Below are positions 49,119-58,485 of a stretch of 61,246 nucleotides of DNA, one piece after another. Both the position numbers and the translations under genes were made by a program. The stretch is from Candidatus Gottesmanbacteria bacterium RIFCSPLOWO2_01_FULL_42_22 (lineage in GTDB: Bacteria > Patescibacteriota > Microgenomatia > 2-02-FULL-39-11): the NCBI GenBank assembly GCA_001779315.1, contig MFJU01000035.1, positions 1 through 61,246 on the forward strand, written 5' to 3'. The notes under the pieces are model-generated. The model was not told the origin of the DNA. It made no database searches and saw only the letters and a list, made by a program, of their open reading frames with translations. Each line of letters starts with the position of its first letter. Positions within the stretch are counted from its first letter, which is position 1.

Positions 49119-50623
49119 TCCCCTCTGATTTTATAGATGAAATCATCCCCTTCGGGTATGGAGACTTCCGGAAGCGGCAGACGGTATTCTTTGAGGAAAT
49201 ATGAAAGGCAGTCGGAGGATGCCTCTGTTTCAGCCTGATACTCTTTACAGATGAGAAATATCCATGGGGTGCGCTGCAGGTTCTGGTCGATCCAGTTGCC
49301 CCGGTCATTCAGGTCAGCCAGTTTTTTGCCTGCCAGTTTTTCCAGAGCCCAGTAGTAGGAGGTAGCGTGGTGGTTGAATCTTTCGAAAGGGGTTATGACA
49401 AAGACGGAAAAATCTTTGTTTTCAGCCTGTTTTAAGATGAGGCTGGCGGTTTTGAATGGTGAGGTAAAAGCGGACATATCCGCTGATTTGATGATAGTTG
49501 AGAAGCCGGAAAGATTGGAAAAAGCATAAATAACCATAAGCAAAATAGAGACGATTTTGAAATGAAGCGGTGAAGCGGGTTGGGTGAAGCGGTTGGATAG
49601 AAAGCCCCAGATTAGAAAGATCACTGGATAAAGGGCAGCCAGGCGGTAGACTTCCGGCTTGTCCTGCCAGATGACGGTCGAAACCAAAGCTGTGATAATC
49701 ATCCAGGATAAAATCCGGCCGTCAAAAACCTGCCTGCCTGATTTTTTAATTGACAGAAAAAGAGCACTTAGCCATAGCGGCAACATCAAAATAACCGGCA
49801 GATTAAAGTTAAAGAGCGAATCGGATAGAAGTTGCATGTGAGAAATAACCGGCTGAATAAAATTCCCCCAAGACAAACCGATATATGGTGTCCTGCCGCC
49901 TAAAACCTGCAAAAAGTATTCAAGTGAGGGATAACCGTGTGTTGCTTCAAAGATAATTACAGGTAAATAAAATATAAATCCAAAACTTAGAGTCAGAATG
50001 ATAATCTGTAAAAAAGCATTCTGCCGCTTCCCTCCCCTGATTGCCAGATAGGCTTTGGTCCAAAGAAAAAGCATGAGCGGCAGAATGAGGATTGATGAGA
50101 CATACATCAGGCTGAAAAAAAAGACGGGCCAGGAAAGCAGCAGTAATTTTAAAGATGAGCGTTTAATTGCCTTTTGGATCAAATATAAAGCCAGGATGAC
50201 AAAAAGGGGCACCAGATGGACTTCCCAGATATTCCTGGAATATTGAGTCATGGTCAGTGACAGGCTATAAAAAAACGCGGTTAAAAGAGCAGGACGTTTT
50301 CCCCAAAGTTCTTCGGCTAATAAATAAATCAGGTAGACGGTTAAGATGCCGCCAGCGGCAAAAACAGCCGAGACGGTCAGTTCATTGCCGAAAAGGTAAT
50401 AAAGCCCGGCAATCAGGTAATAATAAGTCGGTGACAGGAGGTTGATTTGCCAGATGGAAGTTAAAGGCCCGACTAAGAGGAGATGGCCGTCATTGATAAT
50501 TCTGTCGGCCAGAAGATAGGCGGCTGCCTGGTCTGTCTCCAATGAAAGGGTCTCTTCAAAGCGGTAAAGCCGGAGGGAAGCGGCCAGGACGATGATCAGT
50601 AACAGCAGAATTTTGAATTTCAT
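49115..50623 (-). CDS. GT-C-fold (ArnT/PMT-like) membrane glycosyltransferase.
   Basis: 502 aa. LRLYRFEETLSLETDQAAAYLLADRII follows TM1. It is a paralogue of 44667-46139. Confidence 0.6.
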   Translation of the reverse strand: MKFKILLLLIIVLAASLRLYRFEETLSLETDQAAAYLLADRIINDGHLLLVGPLTSIWQINLLSPTYYYLIAGLYYLFGNELTVSAVFAAGGILTVYLIYLLAEELWGKRPALLTAFFYSLSLTMTQYSRNIWEVHLVPLFVILALYLIQKAIKRSSLKLLLLSWPVFFFSLMYVSSILILPLMLFLWTKAYLAIRGGKRQNAFLQIIILTLSFGFIFYLPVIIFEATHGYPSLEYFLQVLGGRTPYIGLSWGNFIQPVISHMQLLSDSLFNFNLPVILMLPLWLSALFLSIKKSGRQVFDGRILSWMIITALVSTVIWQDKPEVYRLAALYPVIFLIWGFLSNRFTQPASPLHFKIVSILLMVIYAFSNLSGFSTIIKSADMSAFTSPFKTASLILKQAENKDFSVFVITPFERFNHHATSYYWALEKLAGKKLADLNDRGNWIDQNLQRTPWIFLICKEYQAETEASSDCLSYFLKEYRLPLPEVSIPEGDDFIYKIRGD

Positions 50624-50626
50624 TTT

Positions 50627-51811
50627 TTAAAAATAGAAAAGCTGATTTAAATAACCCCAATATAGATAGCCTGAAAAGATCATAAAAAGACATAATATCA
50701 GAATTTCAATTATTTTATTTCCGGTTCGGCGAAAAAGCAGAAAGAAAGTGAAGGCCGGCAGCGCGTAGCGTGATTCAATTAGCCAGATGGTTGCCAGTGA
50801 CATAATTGATAAAGGATAAATTATATAATATTTTCTTTTAAGTAAAGACTGAAAACATAAAGTTAAAAGAGCCAAAATAGCGGCCATCAGAAACAGGAAT
50901 TTTCCTATCCCCTGCTTTGCGGACATCAGAACAAGATTTCTCAGATGCTCGGGAAACTGGTTCCAGGGATGGGAGGAATGAAAAGCAAACCAGCTGACCG
51001 TAAGAAATAATAACGCGGCCAATATGAGGCCGGGATATTTTTTAAGGGAAAAGAAGATTTGAGGCATGGTTTTTAAGATTAGCGGTAGGAAAAGAATAAA
51101 AAACAAAAATAATGCCCAGTAGAGATTGCCCAGGGAGAGGAAAAAGTCAGGATGGGCGCTTTGTGTGCCGATGGCCACTCCCCGATTGGCGATCATAAAA
51201 ATAATAAACAGCAACAGTGTCAGGAAATTCAACCAATTTTGCCGAAGGCATAGTTTCCAATTGAGAGTCTGGCCTCTTATAAACGGCAGCAGCATGAACA
51301 GAGGCAGCCAGACGATATAAATCTGCTTGGTGGCCACCGTCATCAGCAAAAATAGGGAACTGAAAAAAAAGCGTTTTTGAAAAAGAAAATAGAGAGAGAT
51401 CAATAAAAGCAAAACAGCCAGGTTTTCAACGTAAAGAAGGAAGCGGTATGGAAAAAATACGGGTAAAAAAGCAAATTGGGCGGTTTTAAGAACGGAATTA
51501 TTAAAATCTAAAAGACTGGATAATTTATAAAAAATAATGATGGAGAAAAGACTAAAGATGAAGCTGACGGTTCTTAATATTTGCACGGAATCAGTCTTTA
51601 AAATTTTTGCCGACCAGGAGAGTGTCAGATGATAGAGCGGGATGACCGATATATTTTCATAAACGCGGTAATTTCCCTCATAGAAAAGTTTTATCTGTCC
51701 GTAATGGGCTGATTCATCGTCATACAGAGGAATAAGGGAAATATTCTTAAAAAGCAGAATGAACAAAAGTAAAATCAGCAATAACCTAATTTTATCTATT
51801 GATTTAAACAA
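50627..51811 (-). CDS. GT-C-fold-like membrane glycosyltransferase.
   Basis: 394 aa and polytopic. PLYDDESAHYGQ follows TM1. Confidence 0.55.
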   Translation of the reverse strand: MFKSIDKIRLLLILLLFILLFKNISLIPLYDDESAHYGQIKLFYEGNYRVYENISVIPLYHLTLSWSAKILKTDSVQILRTVSFIFSLFSIIIFYKLSSLLDFNNSVLKTAQFAFLPVFFPYRFLLYVENLAVLLLLISLYFLFQKRFFFSSLFLLMTVATKQIYIVWLPLFMLLPFIRGQTLNWKLCLRQNWLNFLTLLLFIIFMIANRGVAIGTQSAHPDFFLSLGNLYWALFLFFILFLPLILKTMPQIFFSLKKYPGLILAALLFLTVSWFAFHSSHPWNQFPEHLRNLVLMSAKQGIGKFLFLMAAILALLTLCFQSLLKRKYYIIYPLSIMSLATIWLIESRYALPAFTFFLLFRRTGNKIIEILILCLFMIFSGYLYWGYLNQLFYF

Positions 51812-51812
51812 T

Positions 51813-52490
51813 TTACCCTATCCGCTTGCTTAAATAGTTTGCGCCCTCCTCGAGAAAGAAGGATCGTACATCTTTTATAATTTTTCCCTGTTTTTGCTCC
51901 GATTTTTCCGTAAAGTAAGGTTTCAGCTCAGGCAGCTTTTTCAATGCTTTAGCGCATTCACTCCAAAAGATAAAATCATCAAAATGAACTCCAAATTTGT
52001 TATGGACTAAAGTCAGTAATTCGGGTACCGTAAATTTTTTTCTTTTAAGAAGAATATAGACGTCATAAAGATCTTTGCTATGATTGCGGTCGATCAGTGC
52101 CATGGTTTTATTGGCTGCCATATCCGGAAGAGAATCAATCAGCAGTCCGCGGTATTTTATTAGTTTGGCAAGCCGTTTTTTTTCATGGTTATAATGGACA
52201 AATTCAAAACGTGTTTCCGGCTTAGTGGCATGTATCACGAATTCCCATCGGTCATGAATTTTAACCTCTTCCAGTTCTTCGATTTTTAAGGATTTTTTTA
52301 CTGCTGTTAAAAAATTGGCTAAATCCTGATAACTGAAAGGAGAATCGCTGAAAAAATCCAAATCATATGAATAGCGGTGTTTCAGGTAATAATGGGATAA
52401 AAGTGTTCCGCCCGTCCAGTAAAACTTTTCCGAAAGGCCAGAACCGGCGAAAATATCCAGGATTGTTTCTTGTTGAGGAGTCAGGATCAT
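51813..52490 (-). CDS. AbiEii/AbiGii-family nucleotidyltransferase (type IV TA toxin-like).
   Basis: 225 aa. FYWTGGTLLSHYYLKHRYSYDLDFFSD matches the GGTAL...S.DiDf signature. Confidence 0.65.
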   Translation of the reverse strand: MILTPQQETILDIFAGSGLSEKFYWTGGTLLSHYYLKHRYSYDLDFFSDSPFSYQDLANFLTAVKKSLKIEELEEVKIHDRWEFVIHATKPETRFEFVHYNHEKKRLAKLIKYRGLLIDSLPDMAANKTMALIDRNHSKDLYDVYILLKRKKFTVPELLTLVHNKFGVHFDDFIFWSECAKALKKLPELKPYFTEKSEQKQGKIIKDVRSFFLEEGANYLSKRIG

Positions 52491-52699
52491 TTTGACTGTT
52501 TCAAATAATAGTCAATCAGGAGAAATTTGCCGGGATCGAGTTCTTTTTTAATTCCGGGCAGGTGTTTTTTTAGTTTAGCTTTGGGAATTCCTGTTAAATC
52601 ATTATAATTAATTTTTCGGATCAGATATAATTCCCACTCACTGTTGGTAACAGGTTTCCAATTGTTATCTAAATTATAGTCCCAGATGCGCGGTTTCAT
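52487..52699 (-). CDS. Small (70 aa) hypothetical protein translationally coupled to the AbiEii-like gene.
   Basis: It has a 4-nt ATGA overlap with the downstream gene. No recognised motif. Confidence 0.55.
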   Translation of the reverse strand: MKPRIWDYNLDNNWKPVTNSEWELYLIRKINYNDLTGIPKAKLKKHLPGIKKELDPGKFLLIDYYLKQSK

Positions 52700-52745
52700 T
52701 CGCCTTAATTATACACTAAAGTAGAATTCACGGGATGGGAGACAA

Positions 52746-53516
52746 ATGAGACGGATGGATTATAATTACATTCATCTCTCAATAAATATGCATTTTAGCG
52801 AATATCAGCGGATTGAGAAATGGGAAAACCGCCATTTTTGGTACCGGGCCATGGAGGAGCAGGTATTGGAGCTGATGGCTAAGCAGTCTATAACGGCCGG
52901 AAAAATATTGGATGCCGGTTGCGGCACCGGCGGCTTTTCGGCGAAATTAATGGAATTCGGAGAAGTTTACGCGGTTGATATTAATCCGGTGGCCATTAAA
53001 CATGCCCGGAAAAAAGGCTTGCCGCATCTTTCCCGGGCTTCGATTGACAAGCTGCCCTACCCTGCCGATTTTTTCGAGACAGTTCTCTGCCTTGATGTTC
53101 TATACCATGAACAGGTGAAGGACGATTTAAAGGCATTACAGGAGCTTTATAGGGTCTTAAAACCGGGTGGTCTGCTAATCCTTCGTCTGCCGGCTTTTGA
53201 AGCTCTTCGGGGAGCACATGATGTGGTGGTTAGGACCAGACACCGCTATACCGTAGCGGAGGTCCGTCTGAAGCTTTCTAAAACCGGCTTTTCCATAAAA
53301 AAAATAAGCTATGTCAATTTCCTTCTGAGCCTGCTTTTATTGGTTAAAAGAAGCCTGGAACGGCGAAAAAATAGCCATTATTTCCATTCCGATACCGCTC
53401 CCCTGCCCCCTCTTTTAAATGAAATGTTTTACCGGATTTTGAAAAGCGAAAATAAACTTCTAAATTTCCTCAACCTGCCGTTCGGTTCTTCCCTGTTGGC
53501 GCTTGCCGTGAAATAA
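52746..53516 (+). CDS. Class I SAM-dependent methyltransferase.
   Basis: ILDAGCGTGGFSAKL is motif I, and LKPGGLLILRLP is also present. GGGAGA lies upstream of the ATG. Confidence 0.8.
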   Translation: MRRMDYNYIHLSINMHFSEYQRIEKWENRHFWYRAMEEQVLELMAKQSITAGKILDAGCGTGGFSAKLMEFGEVYAVDINPVAIKHARKKGLPHLSRASIDKLPYPADFFETVLCLDVLYHEQVKDDLKALQELYRVLKPGGLLILRLPAFEALRGAHDVVVRTRHRYTVAEVRLKLSKTGFSIKKISYVNFLLSLLLLVKRSLERRKNSHYFHSDTAPLPPLLNEMFYRILKSENKLLNFLNLPFGSSLLALAVK

Positions 53517-53565
53517 GAAGGAGCCGGGCTTTGTATATCGAAAAAAATTATGCTATCTTTAGCTT

Positions 53566-53964
53566 ATGAAATTGAATAAGAATCAGATTAACAGGGTAAA
53601 AAAAGCCGGAGTATCTCTGGTTTATTTATTTGGTTCCCAGGTAGAAAAAAAGCAATCAGCTTTCAGCGATATAGATATTGGTGTAGTGTTTGACAATACT
53701 GAGATTTTGAAAGAATCTTTAAATTCCGTCTATAACGGGCTTTACGACATATTTACCGATTTGTATCCGGGAAAACAGGTTGATATTGTTTTTTTGCAAA
53801 AAGCCCCTCTTGAGCTGAGATTTGACGTAATCAGACATGGAAAAACGATATATACCAGTTCTATTGATGATCAATTAAACTTTGAAGAAAAGACAATACT
53901 CTCTTATGCTGATTTTAAACCGATCTTAGAGAAATTTAACAGGGCAGTACTCAACCGTCAATGA
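53566..53964 (+). CDS. Minimal nucleotidyltransferase (MntA-like) with no HepT partner adjacent.
   Basis: 132 aa with VYLFGSQVEKKQSAFSDIDIGVVF. Confidence 0.7.
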   Translation: MKLNKNQINRVKKAGVSLVYLFGSQVEKKQSAFSDIDIGVVFDNTEILKESLNSVYNGLYDIFTDLYPGKQVDIVFLQKAPLELRFDVIRHGKTIYTSSIDDQLNFEEKTILSYADFKPILEKFNRAVLNRQ

Positions 53965-54001
53965 TGCAAACAAAAAGAATTAATAAAAAATCCGGAAAAA
54001 T

Positions 54002-55183
54002 TTAATCTTCAGGTTGAATAACAATCTTTTCTGATCTCCAATAACTTCTTATTTGCCGGAAATAGACAAGGGCAAAGATTAGCGTGAGAATAATCGAGAT
54101 AAGCGGATTTTTGCTGACGTTTATTAAAGGAATGCCTGTCAATCCGTAAAAAAAAGAAAGGTTGGTAAAATTAATCAATTCGCTCATCAGAAGAAGGATG
54201 ATGGTGTGAAGATTCGGATTTCTCAAAAAAAGCATAAGGCTTAATATGACCGGTATATAAAAATGGTTTTCATGAACTGCCGGAGAGATCATGAAGTAGC
54301 TAAAAAAGACAAGCTGGCCGCTCAACAGGAAGAAATTAAATCCTGACCGATTTTTCAATTTTCGGGTAAATTGAATCAGGATTCCCGTATAAACCAGCAG
54401 AAAAATCAGTCGTCCGCTAAACATCAACGAATAGAAGGGATTGTTTTTGCTTATTTCTAAAAAATATACTCCTGCCTGGTTCGGCAGCGCCCTCCCGGAT
54501 GATATCAGGTATTGGGTTACCAGCCAGGGCAGATTGAGGGCAGCAGACAGGATGGGATCGTTCAAAGCACCTGACAGGAATAATTTTAAAGTGGTGACAG
54601 GATCAGCTTTAAACCAAATTAATATAAATTGGGGAACGATCATGCCTACTAGGAAAATCCCCGGTTTGAATAGCCCGTTTTTGCCTTTTTGGGAAAAAAA
54701 GAGATAAACAAGGATAAGCGGCAGGAGGATGACAGGTTGCCATTTGAAAAAACAAGCCAAACCGAATAAAAGTCCGGCCGGGAAATGTTTATTTCTGGAG
54801 AGCAAAAACAGTGATCCGATCAGCTGGGGCAGGAAAAAGACATCAGTATAACCTAAACCCTGCGAATTGATGATTAATGAGGGAAGTCCGAGATAAACAA
54901 CCGCTGTGATCAAGCCGGGATGAAAGATCAATAAAACTGCCAATCCCAAAAGATAAAATGAGAAAACGGTGATTTTAAAAAGGAGGTGAGGATTAATATT
55001 TACGGGAGCTATTCTGCCTAAAACGTAGACTATCAGAAAATGCCCCGGAGGATAGGTAGCCGGATAGAAGACACCGCAGCGGTAATTCAAACACTCCGGA
55101 AAAAGGGAAGAATCAGGATTTGTGCGGACATAATTTATAAGTCTCGTCCAGTTATCGACATCACCGGTGCCTTTGGCCGGCAA
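54002..55183 (-). CDS. Polytopic membrane protein, GT-C/DUF2029-like, possibly 5'-truncated.
   Basis: 393 aa with a TTG start. It begins in a hydrophilic loop (PAKGTGDVDNWTRL) rather than a TM helix and has no obvious SD sequence. Confidence 0.5.
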   Translation of the reverse strand: MPAKGTGDVDNWTRLINYVRTNPDSSLFPECLNYRCGVFYPATYPPGHFLIVYVLGRIAPVNINPHLLFKITVFSFYLLGLAVLLIFHPGLITAVVYLGLPSLIINSQGLGYTDVFFLPQLIGSLFLLSRNKHFPAGLLFGLACFFKWQPVILLPLILVYLFFSQKGKNGLFKPGIFLVGMIVPQFILIWFKADPVTTLKLFLSGALNDPILSAALNLPWLVTQYLISSGRALPNQAGVYFLEISKNNPFYSLMFSGRLIFLLVYTGILIQFTRKLKNRSGFNFFLLSGQLVFFSYFMISPAVHENHFYIPVILSLMLFLRNPNLHTIILLLMSELINFTNLSFFYGLTGIPLINVSKNPLISIILTLIFALVYFRQIRSYWRSEKIVIQPED

Positions 55184-55215
55184 CAGGCGGATATTAAGAA
55201 TTAAGAGGAAAATAA

Positions 55216-56106
55216 TCAGCGTGATATAAACAAGCTTTCGCGTATAGCCTCCGTAAGAAAGTTAATTTTTTTCCGATTCCCCAAAACTGACCAGAGAATC
55301 AGTCTGATTAATGACCCGAAAGCAAAAATAAACAGGGAAAGTATGACATAAAGCTGATTATGGTATTTCCCGAGAATTTTTTTTAATGATTTGACATAAA
55401 GAGAGCCGTCTGTTTGCCCGCCGGTTGAAGCATGGGGAAAATGAAAAGCTGCGGCAGCAGGTTGGTAGATAATTTCAAAGCCGGCCCGCTTTATCCTGCG
55501 GCAGAGGTCAACATCCTCAAAATAAAGGAAAAAGCGCTCATCAAATCCGCCGGCCAGACGGTAGGCTTTTTTCTGAAACAGCCAGCAAATAGCCGCTGCT
55601 GCGGAGACTTTTTGTTTTTTCTGATAGAGGAGTTTATCCGAAAACGGTAAGCGGAAAATAGAGGGAAACAGCCGGTAAAGGAAACTTTGTTCCAGAAATA
55701 TCTGCCACAAGGAAGGTATCGGCAGGATTGTTTCCTGTGTTTGATCGTTAATTAATATCCGCGGAGCAATGATGCCTATTCTGTCAGCTGTTTCCTTTAT
55801 CAGGATTTTAAGGGAATTGTCTTTTAGCTCCACATCCGGGCAGAGCAGAAGAACCCATTTATTTTTCACTGTTTCCATGGCCGAATTGACGGCTGTCCCC
55901 AAACCGCCGTTTTCAGAAAGATTCAGAATTTTTATGCCTTTCTTTAAATTGACCGGCAGGGAAAGCGAAGTAGCATTGGCAACGACAATTGTTTCCGTTT
56001 TTAATCCAGCTTTATGGCATGCCAGCTTTAAAGCTTTCAGACAGCGGGGTAATAATTTCTTGTCATTCTCTACCGCGACAATAATAACTGAAATTTCCAT
56101 TCTCAA
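55216..56106 (-). CDS. GT2-family glycosyltransferase (paralogue of 33286-34203).
   Basis: 296 aa with ISVIIVAV, FEDVDLCRRIKRAGFEI and the C-terminal helix LFIFAFGSLIRLILW. Confidence 0.85.
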   Translation of the reverse strand: MRMEISVIIVAVENDKKLLPRCLKALKLACHKAGLKTETIVVANATSLSLPVNLKKGIKILNLSENGGLGTAVNSAMETVKNKWVLLLCPDVELKDNSLKILIKETADRIGIIAPRILINDQTQETILPIPSLWQIFLEQSFLYRLFPSIFRLPFSDKLLYQKKQKVSAAAAICWLFQKKAYRLAGGFDERFFLYFEDVDLCRRIKRAGFEIIYQPAAAAFHFPHASTGGQTDGSLYVKSLKKILGKYHNQLYVILSLFIFAFGSLIRLILWSVLGNRKKINFLTEAIRESLFISR

Positions 56107-57215
56107 TTTTTTAAAAGTTTAATTAAATATTTTTTTTGAGCCGGCCAGCTTTGAGACAGAGCCTCTTTTATCCTGGCTGATTTAAGAGAGGGGTTTTCTT
56201 CCGTCACCGCTTTTTTGAGATTGAGTATAAATTCGCGGTCTGTTTTTGACCAGTAGAGTAAGCGTCTGTCTGCCTGATTTTTAAGAGCAGGCAGGCTGGT
56301 TGAAACAACAGGTAAGCCAAAGCGGAAATATTCGTTGACTTTGACTGGATAAGCATATCGGCCGTAAGTATCGGTTTTATACGGGATAAGTCCGGCTGAG
56401 AAATTGGCCAGATATGAGTCAAGTTCATGATCTTTTTTATAACCTAAATAATGAAAATTAGACAATGGTAATTTAGTTTGTGCTTGGCCGATAAAAACAA
56501 AGGAATATTGGGGATAGGCTTTTAAAAGTGAGATCAGAAATTCAGGATCCGTCCTCCAATCGTATAGACCGCCGGCAAAACCGACATATGGCGGTTTCAA
56601 CCGCGCCAAATCCTCCGGTATCCTCCCCGCGATTTTATTTTCTGAAGGAAAATCTATAGGTGTGGGAAAATGAACGACTTTTGGATGAAGTTTGCGGTAG
56701 CGTTCATATAAAGGCCAAGATGAGGTGATTACCAGACCGGCTTTTTTCAAAAACTGTTTTTCAAGATAGCGGAAGTGTCGTTGTGAACTGGGATGTTTCC
56801 AGGCCGGCAGGGACGGATAATCATCCACAACAAAATAAATAATTTTGGCAGCCTTACCCAAAATCTCAGGCAAAAACACGGCTTCCGGGGTAAAGGTAAG
56901 CAGAATTGTTTGTTTTAAACTGTTTTTTATATCCCTCGGTAAAATCAGCCGGTTGAAGCCATGATTCAGGCGATTTAGCCATAGACACTGCCGGGCAGAG
57001 GGAAGACCGAACGAGTGGATAATTTTTAAGTGATGGTTTATTCTTTCAACAAGGGAGTAGCGGCCTATCAGAAGATGAAGGAGGTTTTTAAAGCGGGGAT
57101 ATTCCACCCCCGTCACCTCAAAGCTGTCAGAGAGTTTCCGGCAGACAGCCTCTTCGATCCGGGGTAATCCTTCCTGAAAGGTACCGCCGATTAAAACTAA
57201 TAAGGGTGTCATCAA
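56103..57215 (-). CDS. GT1/GT4-like glycosyltransferase (paralogue of 34175-35332).
   Basis: 370 aa with FAGGLYDWRTDPEFL and VKVNEYFRFGLPVVSTSLPAL. Confidence 0.75.
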   Translation of the reverse strand: MMTPLLVLIGGTFQEGLPRIEEAVCRKLSDSFEVTGVEYPRFKNLLHLLIGRYSLVERINHHLKIIHSFGLPSARQCLWLNRLNHGFNRLILPRDIKNSLKQTILLTFTPEAVFLPEILGKAAKIIYFVVDDYPSLPAWKHPSSQRHFRYLEKQFLKKAGLVITSSWPLYERYRKLHPKVVHFPTPIDFPSENKIAGRIPEDLARLKPPYVGFAGGLYDWRTDPEFLISLLKAYPQYSFVFIGQAQTKLPLSNFHYLGYKKDHELDSYLANFSAGLIPYKTDTYGRYAYPVKVNEYFRFGLPVVSTSLPALKNQADRRLLYWSKTDREFILNLKKAVTEENPSLKSARIKEALSQSWPAQKKYLIKLLKN

Positions 57216-57222
57216 ACTCCAT

Positions 57223-58485
57223 ATGAATATACTTTATGTCAATAAATTTTTCCATCTGGTCGGAGGTGTGGAAAGATATTTTCTGGAATTGGATCGGCTC
57301 ATGAGGAAAAAAGGCCATCAAACAAGCCTTTTTTACATGCAGCATCCCCTGAACAACCGCTCCAAATGGCAAAAATACAGCGTCAGCCAAATCTCATTCC
57401 ATGATCCGGGATTGACAAAAAGATGGCGGCAATTGGCCAGACTGTTCTATTCAATCGAAGCGCGTTCAAAAATTAGCGCTCTGATTGAAGAAACTTCTCC
57501 TGATATTGTTCATCTGCACACCATCTATCATCATCTCTCCCCCTCTATCATTTTGGCTGTTAAAAAAAGAAATCTCCCCCTTATCCAGAATCTGGGCGAT
57601 TACCATCTGGTATCGGCCAATTACAATCTTTTCCATAACGGAGCGATTTGCGAAATCTCCCAAGGGGGGAAATTTTATAAGGCTTTTTTCCACCGCTGTG
57701 TCAAAAATTCATATTATTACTCTTTGGTTGAATCAGCCGAGAAATATCTTCAGGCACTTTTAGGTTGGGAAAAAGGACTGGTTGATCTCTTTATCGTGCC
57801 TTCGCTTTTTATGAAAAATAAACTGCTTGAATACGGTCTTCCGGAAAACAAAATCACCTGCCTTCCTCATTTTATTGATACCGGTAAATATAAATATTCC
57901 GGCAGACAGGGCAGCTATCTTCTTTATTTTGGCCGGCTTTCCGAGGAAAAAGGACTGAAATTTCTTCTGGAAGTTATGAAAGAGCTGCCGCAAATCAAAT
58001 TGAAGATTGCCGGTACCGGTCCTGAAGAGGATAACCTGAAGGATTTCGTCCGTGGGCATAAATTGAAAAACGTCACTTTCCTGGGATTTCTTGAAGGTCA
58101 AAACCTGATAAAAACAATTGCCGGAAGCTTGGCGGTTATCGTTCCTTCGCTTTGGCCGGAGGTTTTCGGCATGTCAGTTTTGGAGGCTTATTCTTTGGGC
58201 AAACCGGTCATTGCCGCCGATTCAGGCGCCCTTCCTGAATTGGTTAAGGATAATCGGACCGGTTTTCTATTTAAAACTGCCGATAAAGAAGATATTCTGG
58301 AAAAAATAAAATTTTTGCTTAATCAGCCTGCCCTTATTAAAAAGATGGGAAAAGAAGCGTTAAAAATTGCTGGTGAAGACTACAGTCCCGAACTACACTA
58401 CCGGAAAATTATGAAAATTTACGGAAATTTTGCCGCTGGGAAGAAATTAAAAGGCAATTTCAGTCCCGGGAAGGGATTTTTTTAA
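57223..58485 (+). CDS. GT4-family glycosyltransferase (paralogue of 35327-36550).
   Basis: 420 aa. MNILYVNKFFHLVGGVERYFLEL parallels MHILQINKFYHIVGGVERYYLEL. It also carries EVFGMSVLEAYSLGKPVIAADSGALPELV. Confidence 0.85.
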   Translation: MNILYVNKFFHLVGGVERYFLELDRLMRKKGHQTSLFYMQHPLNNRSKWQKYSVSQISFHDPGLTKRWRQLARLFYSIEARSKISALIEETSPDIVHLHTIYHHLSPSIILAVKKRNLPLIQNLGDYHLVSANYNLFHNGAICEISQGGKFYKAFFHRCVKNSYYYSLVESAEKYLQALLGWEKGLVDLFIVPSLFMKNKLLEYGLPENKITCLPHFIDTGKYKYSGRQGSYLLYFGRLSEEKGLKFLLEVMKELPQIKLKIAGTGPEEDNLKDFVRGHKLKNVTFLGFLEGQNLIKTIAGSLAVIVPSLWPEVFGMSVLEAYSLGKPVIAADSGALPELVKDNRTGFLFKTADKEDILEKIKFLLNQPALIKKMGKEALKIAGEDYSPELHYRKIMKIYGNFAAGKKLKGNFSPGKGFF

